Positions 27,805 to 39,042 of a stretch of DNA of 52,832 nt are shown here, piece after piece; within the stretch, counting starts at the first letter, position 1; each line of letters starts with the position of its first letter. Origin of the DNA: Bugula neritina (taxonomy: Eukaryota; Animalia; Bryozoa); the NCBI GenBank assembly GCA_964035545.1, contig CAXIUT010000177.1, positions 1 through 52,832 of the forward strand, given 5' to 3'. The notes under the pieces were generated by a model, which was not told the origin of the DNA, made no database searches, and worked only from the letters and a program-made list of their open reading frames with translations. A program made the position numbers and the translations under genes.

Positions 27805-28785
27805 ATGGCAACTCACAAAGCTCTAGTCCTTCACTAGTACAAAACTAAACTTGTCTACCAAGACTGTCCTAAGCCTGTTCCTTAACCTGGTCAGCTCTTA
27901 GTCAAGGTTGATGCTTCTACTGTTAATCCTTCAGATAGACTTCGCTTGGATGGATCATACTTCCCAACTCAACTTCCTGCAACAATGGGACTTGAAGGAA
28001 CTGGACATGTAGTTGAAGCAAATGGAGAAAATGTTCAGAATTGGGTCGGAAAAAGAATTTGTTTCATTCAAGCTGGATCAGGAAGTTGGGGATAATTTGC
28101 TATTACTATTCCTAGTACATGCTTTGAAATTGACAAAGATGTCAGTCTGACTTCTGCTGCTTCAGGTATTGTTAATCCTTTAACTGTTGTTGGAATGATT
28201 CGTATTTACAATAACACTCAAGAGAAAAAAGGAATTATTCATACTGCTGCAGCCTCAGCTTTAGGTAGAATGTTGAATAAATACTGTCAAACTCTTGGAA
28301 TTCCTCTTCTTAATATTGTTAGAAAGCAGGAACAAGCTGATTTGTTAAAGTCTGAAGGAGCAAAACATGTGATTATCACTAAAGGAGAATGGCAAGAAGA
28401 GTATAAAGCTGCAATCAAAGATCATGGTTTTAATGTATTTTTCGATGCTTTAGGAGGAGGTTAAGTTCTTGAGAGTTTGATTGATGGTCTTGGACCTAAT
28501 TCATGGGTACGTGTTTATGGTGCTCTTGAAAGCAAACCATTAGTCCTTAAAATGCCTATTACGTTGTTTAATAGAGTTTTCATTTCAGGATATATGGTTT
28601 TTCCTGAGTGGATGAAATTTACTGAAGAAGAAAAGGAGAAAGTTAGAAACGAATATTCAACTCTTCTGAAAGGAGATTTATCAACAAAATGCTTTAAGAC
28701 TCTAAAATTTGAGCAAATTGAAGATGCTTTGGAATTGTCAGTATCCAAAACTATTGAAGGAAAAATTACATTGGTTCCAAACTGA
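27805..28785 (+). CDS. MDR-superfamily NADPH:quinone oxidoreductase / alcohol dehydrogenase-like protein
   Basis: LVKVDASTVNPSD, MGLEGTGHVV, GSWGEF, VNPLT, HTAAASALGRML, FFDALGG; clean frame under TAR=Glu. Confidence 0.92.
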
Positions 28786-28836
28786 TCTTCATCATCCTTA
28801 TTCAAATATAGTTTTAAAATATCAATTTAATATCAT

Positions 28837-31800
28837 TCAATAATCATTTCTTCTTAGTTATTTCATTATTTTTTTAACATGATCGTTTTCTTTTCGAATA
28901 TAACCTTTAGAAATATGAATATCAATAATAGATTCGATCTATCTTTTAGGATATACTTTCAAAAATTAAGGAAATACTAAAGCTTTTCTGATCAGTCCAT
29001 TGAAATGATTGATTTGATCAACGTTTGATACTTTTCTATAGAGTTCCATAACTTTAGCAAATACTTTAGATTCAATTAGAGATTCAATAAGAGATGAATC
29101 ATGTCGAATCAAATTACTAATAGTAGATAAAGTGTTGACTAAAAGATTTATTTCTTATAAAATAAGGCCAGCAGATAAGTATTTAGTCATAGGTTTGATA
29201 TCATTGGCGAAACACGATGAATAAAATGACATATTTCCTATGGCAAAGATGGTGTTTTTTAAGATTCTATCGTTAGAATTATTTTCTGAGAGACATTTAT
29301 AGATAGCGTCCATAATTTTATACTTTTTGAAGGAATCAAAAGCATTTTTGTTATGTTTTGCGAGATTACCTATCAGGTGAAGAGTTTTCTATTGAAGCAG
29401 TTAGGATCCTTATGAAAGATATTTTTAACATACTTATACTATCCCTGTTAATAATATTGCATCAGAATATTAAGAATGTAATCTGGCCAAATTTGAACAA
29501 AAAGAAGATATTTGTATTCTCATTTATTCGTTATTATCAATTTTATAGTATCTTTTAACAATTTGAAGGGCACTATGACACAAGTAGTTATGTGATATTT
29601 TTATTTTAGGTGCTAGTTTATTAACAATCTTGAGAGATGTAAGTATATTTTATTATCCAGATAGTGGTTCACTGAAAAGAAATTTGATAAATTGACTATT
29701 TTCAATCAATTGAGCAAAGGAACCTATTTATAGATCATCATTGAATTTTAATAATTAGATTTCAAGCAAATAATTAAGAAGACGAGCACAGTTGACTGGA
29801 TGAACTGAAATATAGTCATCAAAGCTTTATTTTTAAATATGATCTATCAGGTATTTTTGAAGTTTTTTAAAGTGAACTGAAGATAAGTTTAAAGATTTTA
29901 TTTTTGAAATTTATAATAAGGTTAGCAAACTCTTTTCGCTCAGAGATTGTTCAAGATTATCGTAAACTATTGTTTCTATATAGGGTAGAATATCTTTTTG
30001 TTTGTATTATTTGCAAATACTAGCAAATATATCGATAAGAATGTCATCGAAATACTAACTACTATTGTTTGATTGGGTTCCTAAAAGCCCAAAACAGTGT
30101 TATTTCTTTATTTTATTGTCAATCGAAAGCATTTTTTGGATATTACCTAACAGTTCTTTTATTTTCTATAATTTTCTTTCAGAAAATTGATGATTTTTTA
30201 GCTTTTGATATGCAGCATAGATAAGAAAAACATTAATGAGTTTATTTTGTACCTATTCTTGAATAATTTTAGTTTGAACTAGTTAACTAGAAAGCAATCC
30301 TTTTCCAGTATTTTTATGAATACTAAAAGTATATGCTAGGTAGTACAATTTAGTTTTCTTATTTTAAAGAAGGTCTTCCCAATATTTATGTTATACAAAT
30401 TAATTTCTCATTTATGCTGAGACTTCAAGACATTCTAAAAGAATTGAACAGTAGATTTATAAATCAGAATCTCTTCTCCATTTTCTATTCATTATAGGTT
30501 CTTCACTGATAAATCCCTTTCTGACAAGAGTTAAAGCTGTTTATTCTTTTAATGATTTGAAAATAGCACGAGTTTTATGAGATAAATAACCAGAATTTTA
30601 AAATCTAGGATGGATAAACTTTTCTAAACATTATAGGACAACATGTGTTTAAGGAATAATTGAGTAACATTAAGCTATTTGTGTAACTAGTTTATTTTAT
30701 TCTATTTTATGGAAATATTATTCAGATTCAGGTAGAGTTAATACAGCTTGGCTTGTTAAAATACCTAATACTTTGAGACTTTTTACTATTATTTATCCTA
30801 GTTTTCCATTTGTTATGATTTTTGAGACTAAAGTAGTTATTTAATCATCATGATCAGTATCGATTTTTTTTTAATCTTTAAAATTTTGTTTTAAGAGAAA
30901 ACCTATCAATTAAAGTTATTTACAAAGTAACTTTTCATGAGACTACTTCAAGGCTAGAGATAGGATAGCTGTCATTAATTTTTTATTTTTTATGATGTCT
31001 TAATAATTTTATCTGGATTAACATTGTTGAGTTGATAGTTTTAAAAGTAGCTCTATGACTTTTAATAAGATTTATTATTATATTTTTGATTACTAGAGGG
31101 AGGCTTATCCTAAAAATTGAATAATTCTCAAACCAAATTCTTAATTTAACCTTAATTCTTTGAAATTTATTTTTCCATCTTTAAATTAGGCTTAATTTTT
31201 CTAGAAATATTTACATTCTTCTTCAAGATCCCACTTCACCATTGGAAGAGGTTTTTATTATTATTTTTATTCAACAGGAACAGGTTTAATTTTAATCGGC
31301 ATATTTTAAAGAAAGAATTTATGATTTTTTACTTGTTCCCAGCTAAATCTTTTTGTACTACTTTTTTGCAGCATTCCATCAATAAGTTCTCTTAAAGTAG
31401 GGTTCATTGATGCTGGATATTTAACTGCTTAATGAAGGATTTTAGGTTGAAGTTGATGGACAGTTGAAGCATAGAAAGGAGTTCTTCCAGTAGCTAGTTC
31501 ATAGAGAATGATTCCAAATGACCAGACATCTACTTTGTGAGTGTAAGGTTTCGATTGCAAGATTTAAGGGGCAATATATAAAGGAGTTCCTTTAATTGAT
31601 CTGAGGAAGTTAGTTGATGAGCTCATTTGTTTAGCAAATCCAAAATCACAAATTTTGATGATTTATTTTTAAAGTAGAATATTTTGAGGTTTAAGATCTC
31701 TATGTAGAATCCTTTTTTAGTTGAGATGAAGCATAGCTGCAAGTATCTGTCCTGCATATAATTTTATTCTATCTTCTGATAGTTTATGTGATTTTTTTAA

Positions 31801-32082
31801 TACTTCTGAGAGATCTGTTCCAGCATACTACATGACAACAATTTGAAATTTCTATATTTCTAGACATTCTTTCAGTTGAATTACATTTTAATGATTGATT
31901 TTTGATAGAAGTTATGTCTATGATTTAAGGTTACGCATCTCTTGCATGGTTCTATTTTTTTTCGGAATGCATTTGAGTGCTACTTTCTATTGGCCATTTA
32001 CACCTAGATATACTTTTCCGAATGATCCCTATCCAATTACACCTTGGACTTCATATTTTCCAACTTTTTTTTATGTTAACAT
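28837..32082 (-). CDS. STK36: Fused/STK36-like kinase with C-terminal ARM/HEAT repeats
   Basis: [42 protein letters not shown]; C-terminal LIGNLAKH...[12 protein letters not shown] typical of Fused/TIO. Confidence 0.85.
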
Positions 32083-32198
32083 ATCCGTTAGAATCAATAT
32101 AAATAATTATATTATCAATTAAATTCAAATAATAAATAGGTTAGAGTTAATTTTTCAATAAATAAAGCATAAGATTTGATTTAAATGGTTGATCATGC

Positions 32199-32928
32199 TC
32201 ATATTTTTTTCTTAGTCAATGTGAAAATCCAAGTTGATAATGTGGCATCTGGCATTTCTTCCCAAGAGTTGATCATTTTGACACATTAGTCGATCTCTTC
32301 TTGTGTATTTGCTAACAAATTGCTTTCTGCTCTGTTTGCGACCATTCCAATAAAGTCTTTTTTTGGAATTTTACGAACTACTTGATCTTTTTAGAATTTT
32401 ACATCGAAAAGTTCTTTAGGAATCATGTCTTCTGCAGAGATATATGCTTATAAAAATTTATTTTGAATCGGTTTTGACCAAGGAATTTGCATGTCTTTAC
32501 CAACGCTTGTAATGATATAGCAACCTGTATCTTTGAGGCATCTATAGATGTTTTTGAAGAATTTTTTATGGTCTTCATTAAAATGAAAAGCGTATTTGGA
32601 TAAGATAAAATCAAACTATTGATCTTTACATTTCTCCATAAACTATTAGCTTGTTTATTTGATGACATCTTATCTTGTTAGTAAGGGATCTACATTGATA
32701 AAAATTCCTTATTTTCCTTATTTTTTGCATTCAGCCATGATAATATTGGAATCTCTGCCATCTCCTGAACCGAGGTTAACTGCTCTATATTACTTAGGGA
32801 CAAATTTAGCGATGATTGATGGAAGTCTCTGATTATAAGGAACATCAATGAGAATACGGCCATATTAGTCATATTTCTCAGAATACTACTCTCTTTTTTT
32901 CAAGGTCAATTGAGATGATTTTATCCAT
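32199..32928 (-). CDS. Class I SAM-dependent methyltransferase
   Basis: Motif I AVNLGSGDGRDS; frameshift in the A-run near the start. Confidence 0.7.
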
Positions 32929-32977
32929 CAATAAAAAGATATATCATTCACATAATCATAGTTGTAAATAAACTTCA

Positions 32978-33045
32978 GGGGTTGGGGTTGGGGTTGGGGT
33001 TGGGGTTGGGGTTGGGGTTGGGGTTGGGGTTGGGTTGGGGTTGGG
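32978..33045 (+). repeat. Telomeric repeat (GGGGTT)n tract 3
   Basis: About 68 nt of G4T2 with a G3 variant, ending TTGGG. Confidence 0.97.
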
Positions 33046-33057
33046 ATCAAATAATTC

Positions 33058-34144
33058 TCATGTTTTAAAATTGTTTTTGGTACAAATTTTTCAAAGGATC
33101 TTCATCGCTATCTTCTTAACTTTCTTCTTCTGAATTGGATAAACTTTTATCTTCATCTTTTTTATCTTAAAAACTTGAATTCTAATCATCTGAACTCCAT
33201 AGTTCTCCAGCCTTTTTTTACTTTTTTTCAGCTTTTTACTTATTTTTCAGATTTCTTTCATTGAAAAACAACTAAAAGTTTTTAAGATTGATTTTTCTTA
33301 TCTTTTAAGAATCGATCTATTTGCTATCAACAGGAAAGTTAAGATAGCAGGTTCCTTCTAGTTCACCAAAAGGAATAAAATATCGTTTTCTATCTTATTG
33401 ATAGTTCAATATTTTATGTTCTTTATCAATAACAGTAATATTAGTATTTTTTCTCTTAGAATTTGGGTTAAGATTGGTATTTCTACAATAATAAAACAGA
33501 CTCCATTATATTTTTTTATCAGTCACATCTGCATTGATTTTTCTTAAATCAAGTAATCTTAGAGCTTATAATTTATCTTTGATATTTTTTTAGTAGATCA
33601 ATGAAGTAATCTATCCTACATTATAAACGAATCTTTATCCTGTTGGTTTGAAATCTAGAAGTTCAAGAATGATTCCATAGTACCCAGTTTTAGAGATATT
33701 TATGATTTTCAGGGACCATTTTCTTATCTATATCACTTCACATTCTAGTTTATAACTCATTTTTTGTCTTTCTTTACGGTATTCTTCATAATTTTATGGA
33801 AAATGAAAGTATGGCTCATAAGGATGAGGATATTCTGATGGATCTTCTAGTTGTTATTTTTTTGCATTGAGAGCTATCCATGATTTTTCAATTACACAAT
33901 AAAAATTTGTTTTAGCTTTATTTGATGGATGTGTTGCTTAAAGTATGTTTTTTGTTGGTTTTAGTGCTTGGATGGAAAAGTTCAAATCTGAGAGACAGAT
34001 AACAGGTGTTTTTTATATCATTACAAGAGTTAGCTTTCGATCTGAGGTGATGTCTTTGATATCTTATTTGCTTCTGATGGGCAGAAGAATAGATTCGATG
34101 AGAGGAAGGAGTTTGGTTACTCTTTGTTATAAACCTGGCTTCAT
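33058..34144 (-). CDS. Hypothetical protein with acidic C-terminus
   Basis: MKPGLEQRV...EYPHPYEPYF...EEESEEDSDEDPL...KT-TGA; the stop lies 12 nt from the telomeric tract. Confidence 0.6.
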
Positions 34145-34270
34145 AATAAATGGCTCACTTCAAAATTATATATCTTTTTATAATTAAGATCTTAAAAATT
34201 CAAGATAAGCGTTTTATATCAATATTTGATATAATTTGTTTTATTTAGTGATATCTTTATCTGATATAAA

Positions 34271-37200
34271 ATGATAAAAACTATTGGTCCATCTCAGAAT
34301 CCGAGAATAGTTTATTGTTCTGTCTAGAAGACATCAAATTCAGGTTATTTTCAAATAGTAGAGTGATTATTCTCTCAATTTAGACTTCTACTTTGGGCTA
34401 TCTGAGAAATATTCCTGATAATATTGATTCTTTCACTGAAAAAGATTGTTTAATTCAATGTAAAGAGTATATAAAAATGAAAGAGCAGAAGGTTTTTAGT
34501 TATAGAATTAACTTGATGAATCCAAATTTAATAAATATCACTTGGATAAATGACATTTAAAAATCATGGTAGTTTAAATTTTAGACAGAATAGACTGCAA
34601 AACTATGGTAAAAATACATGGATTTATCTCAAAAAACTTATTAATTAAACCAAGATTCTTAATCAAACAAAATAGAAGAGAAATTGGCAGATAAAAATAT
34701 CCAAAATAATTAAAATTAGTACAATATTGAATATTTTAGGTTAAAAGAGGTGAAATCTCGTTTCATTTAGAAAGAAAATAGCATTATTAAGCAGGAATAA
34801 AATATTTTATCTTTTTAATAAGATAATTCTGGAACAAAAATAATACAAAAAAGCAATAATAAAGGAATATACTAAGGAAAAAACCGTTTTTCTAACTTTT
34901 AAAATAGTCGTGTTACATACTAACATGAGCATGAAAGTTCTATTCCAATAATAACAACATTTAGTTAAAAATTTTCAAATCTAAGTATATTGAATAACAT
35001 TTCGAATTATAATATTAAAAAATAATAGAATTGGAATATGAAATGGTTTTCATAAATTGATAAATAATCTTAATAAAATTCTATCTTGATTTATAGTGAA
35101 TTTGTGACAAGATGTGAGGTTATTTGTGGTGATATTACTAAGGAGTTGAATTTCAAAAAGAAAGATAGAAAGTTTATTCCTGTTAAAATAAATAGTCATT
35201 AGTAAATATATTCAGTTGAGGAAATATAGTTTCGATTAATTGTGTCATCTAAAGCAAATAAAACTGATAAGTATTAATAGAATAAGACCATAATTGACAA
35301 TGTTAGAAATTAATTATAAATAAATAAATACATCTTAAAAATGACTTTTAATAAAGGACTGATTAAAGTTCCTTTAGTATGTATTGTGAAATATTTAGGA
35401 GTATTATTTTATTGTGAAGCTAAACCTCCATCATTTTGTAAAATAGTTGATTCTTCTTCAATTCCAGTTTTTAAAAAATAATTACAAAAACTATAAGAAA
35501 CCTTGCATTTAAGACTCAACTGGAATCAGATAAATTTATACAGCAATAAACTTCGATAATCTTCAAATGATAAAGAAACTAATAAATATATAATTATTTC
35601 TAACTCGAAAAATATATTACCAACAATATCTTTACCTGATTCTATAGAAACTTTTAACTTTATCGACATAATATATCAAAAACTGTCAATCTCTTTTATC
35701 GGATGAATAAATATTATCTTTTGAAAACAATATAGAGAATATGATAAAAATATTTCTTTATTAATAGAGTCATAACTGTAAGATTATTTCAGTTTAAGAT
35801 CTTTAATTTAGTTTGAAAAAATATCAACTAAATAAAAAATTGATTAATTCGATAGTCAAAAGATGTGAAAATAAGTATTTATATTCAATTCTTTTATCAG
35901 AAATGGTAGTTGAATAATTTATTTTAATTATTTTCAGATAAATTGGATAATTAATTTCTCTTTAAAATTCTAAAATCAGTATGATTAACCAGTTGGAAAA
36001 TTGTATTATTAATTTTTTATCTGGATTGTTTATGAATAATGGATAAACATGGAAATAAATATCATAATTGATATTTGATCAATATAAAAGTAGCCATCGA
36101 ATCAACTGATATCATAATTGGGTATTTATTTTCAAGTATTTCCTTAAAATTAGGCATTAACTTCGATTATTAACAATTAATAAAGGATAAAAAATATTTT
36201 TCTAATTAATAATTTATATCTTAAGAATGGATTTAATAATATTATCCGTCTTTGTAGAACATATACTATTAAAGAAATAAGTTAAAATTATGGATATATT
36301 CATGAAGATGTGATATAGATATCTAGTGATGGTCTAGAAGTTATAAGAAGTAGTTAATTTTTATAATTTAAAAAGTACTTGTCTACCTGGTTATCTTGAT
36401 TTTTATGATAAAAGACAAATTCTTAGATATCTGAGTCAATTTGTACCATTTTAAGGTTAATAAGATTTTTAGCATTTAAATATATATTCTCAAACAGAAC
36501 CATCTTATCTAGATTATCAAACATTTTCAACTATTTTCAATGCTATAAAATGGCTACTTCTTAATAGATAGCATTAAAAAGCTATACAAATTATCAATGT
36601 TTTCAAAAATGATTGTTCATTCTGGATGGGATAGAACAATGTTTTTATTTTGTATTTGCAGTAATTATTAGGAGGCCTATTTTTAGCAACAAAAAGATCT
36701 TAATGCAGCTATTTAGCAATATTCTTTAGTTGCTTCTGGAATATCAGCAATTATCCCGAAAATGGCTGCAGATTAAAAATATAAAACAGAAACTATAAGA
36801 TGGCTCAATTGTTAAAACTTTCAGGAAAGCATAAATAATCACTTGATAAATATAAATCAGTAAAGAAAAACTTAAACAAAAAAAATATGAAATTTATTTC
36901 TGTTTTATAACTAATTGCTTGAGATAAGTAGTCTTTACTTACATTTGGGATCTATCCTTAAATGCATTTCATATGCTAAGGAAGCGATTGAAATATTCAA
37001 CTTTGAATGCTTTTTAAAATGAATAATATGAATTTGTGGCTTAATTAGTTGATATTAAGGGCTTTTTAAATTCAAGATTAAACTTCCAAATTTAAGTATT
37101 ATGTGGACATTATTGAAGACAAATTTGGATAAACTGAGAGTTGTTATTTGCTTCAGAAAGTATTGAAGTTCACTATCAAACAAATTATTATGACTCTTCC

Positions 37201-37542
37201 TCAGTATTTAGTCAAAAAGTTGGCATTTTTCATGTACAAATGCTAATAATCATAAATAAAAAACAAATAATAAAAGAAAGATCAATAGTAGCTAATGAAA
37301 TAGATAATACTTTTGAAAATTACATATAATCTGGACCTGAACTACTTAGAAAATATATTGACTTATTAAATGAACTTATAGATTAATTACATTTATTATA
37401 AGAACATAAATAGTCTAATTCATATAAAGCATAAAAGTTAAAGAAGAATCTAACATCTTTACTGTATTCTTCAATTTATAGGACTACAATATATTCTTGG
37501 AGAAATAGCGAATCGTTTAACTAAAAAAAAATGAAACAGTGA
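34271..37542 (+). CDS. PH-like domain plus CLU (clustered-mitochondria)-like domain protein with helical C-terminus
   Basis: WEFKFETEETAKLW resembles a PH C-terminal helix; NWNMKW...SEFVTRCEVICGDITKEL...NELE...IKVPLVCIVKYLG resembles CLU; several frameshifts. Confidence 0.55.
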
Positions 37543-37550
37543 TTTTATGT

Positions 37551-38775
37551 TCACTATATAATCATTTAACAGCTATAATACTTAATTTCTTGGTTCATTT
37601 TCAATTTTATTTATTCCATCGGCATATCTGAAGGGAGCATCAAATCAACATTTACATCTTAGGAAAAAACGAAGTCTTCCTTGCAACGGATTTTATCAAA
37701 AATTGGATGTTCAATTGCTTGGTCAATTGTCATTCTTTTTCTTGGATCGAACACTAAAGCTTTTTCAAGAAAGTCTTACCAGGCTGGTAGACAGTATTAG
37801 AATATTTAGCTTGGTTTTTTCTTTTGTACTTTTGGTAGAGATTTCAAATAGTTAAGTGCAACTTATTACTAAACAAAGGTGATTTCTTATGGTGATGGGG
37901 GTGCCTAAAAATTGCAATAGTTTTGGATCTAAATCATATTTTAAATACATTTGAATCATCTTCAGAATGAGGAAAACCATTTTATATTTTGTAAGTGCAA
38001 TCTTTGCTTGCTTTTGGAGGTGATAAAGGGAAACATGCTTTTCCTTAAAATAGTGCTCTTCTGGGCTTTGTTATCTTTATCTTTTTATTGTTTTTATGCT
38101 ATGATATCAGTTCTCCCATAATACAGCCAACTGACCATATTTATATAGATGCGTCATAGTTTGTTTGCATAAGAATGATCTCTGGAGCTCTATACCAGCG
38201 ACTGACAACATGCAGTGTGAGTCTTTCGACTGGTCCAGTTTGAGTATTTAAGTCAGTGAATGAAGGTTCGCTTAGTCCTGCTCTAGCAAGTCCAAAATCA
38301 CATAATTAATGTTGAAATCATTATCTGAGAGGATATTTTAAGGTTTGAGATCTCTGTGTAGAATTTTGATTGATGAGAGATATTTGAGTACAACTAAGAG
38401 TTGATAGGTTATTTTCATGACATGCTAGTCATCAAGAAATTTGTTTTTAGCATATAACTTTCTCAGGTCAAAGGGCAGGTATTCTATCAAGATGTAGAGA
38501 TCGTTGTAGTTATTGATATCTGTTGGATGAAGGATGTCGTATATTTTTATAATTTTTGGATGTTTAATGCGCCTGAGAATGGATATTTCTCTAAGAGTTC
38601 TAAGTGCAAGGATTTCTATTGGTGAATATTTTGCTGTATTTTTTGAGAGCGTAGACTTTGTTTGTTTATCTGTGACGAACTTTGTAGACTTATCCGTATG
38701 CTCCTCGACCAAGGATATCTTCATAAATGAAACGATCATCGTAGATGACTGGGCCTGTAATTTAAGCGGCTGCAT
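37551..38775 (-). CDS. Atypical MAP kinase (Pfmap-2-like alveolate clade) with TLH activation loop
   Basis: LGRGAYGEVY, ALRTLREISILRR, HRDLKPENIL, CDFGLAR, LTLHVVSRWYRAPE, ALFEGKACFPLSP; start approximate. Confidence 0.85.
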
Positions 38776-39042
38776 CAATATATCTATAATATATATGGCA
38801 ATGAATTTCTATTAAATCAACCTTAATATGACTATAGTTTGAGTTTATCTTTGTTCTTTTTTTTTTACTAGATCTTATCTGAGTCTGTTTTTGATTAAAG
38901 TTAATTCTAATGGATCTTTTTTTTTGTGATGATATTTATAATGAATTTAGGATTGTCATTGTATCTTTTCTTTTTCAAGAGAATTATTGATCCATGGCTA
39001 TTCATTTTATAGTTGAAATAAGGATTTATTTATATCTATTGT

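Noticed and set aside
32890-32902. Euplotes-like programmed ribosomal frameshifting as the cause of the frame breaks
   Set aside because: The breaks I examined fall in homopolymer runs, occur as both gains and losses (e.g. ~37878, ~38305, ~38615) and share no slippery-stop motif. Long-read indel error is more parsimonious, though polishing is needed to confirm this
11656-33045. Telomere-bearing transposons (TBE/Tel-1-like) or a CRISPR-like array
   Set aside because: No inverted orientation of the tracts, no terminal inverted repeats, no target duplication and no transposase; the intervening DNA is ordinary cellular genes
33058-34144. RRP6-like exonuclease suggested by a PHPY motif
   Set aside because: No DEDD exonuclease motifs could be recognised, so it is left as hypothetical
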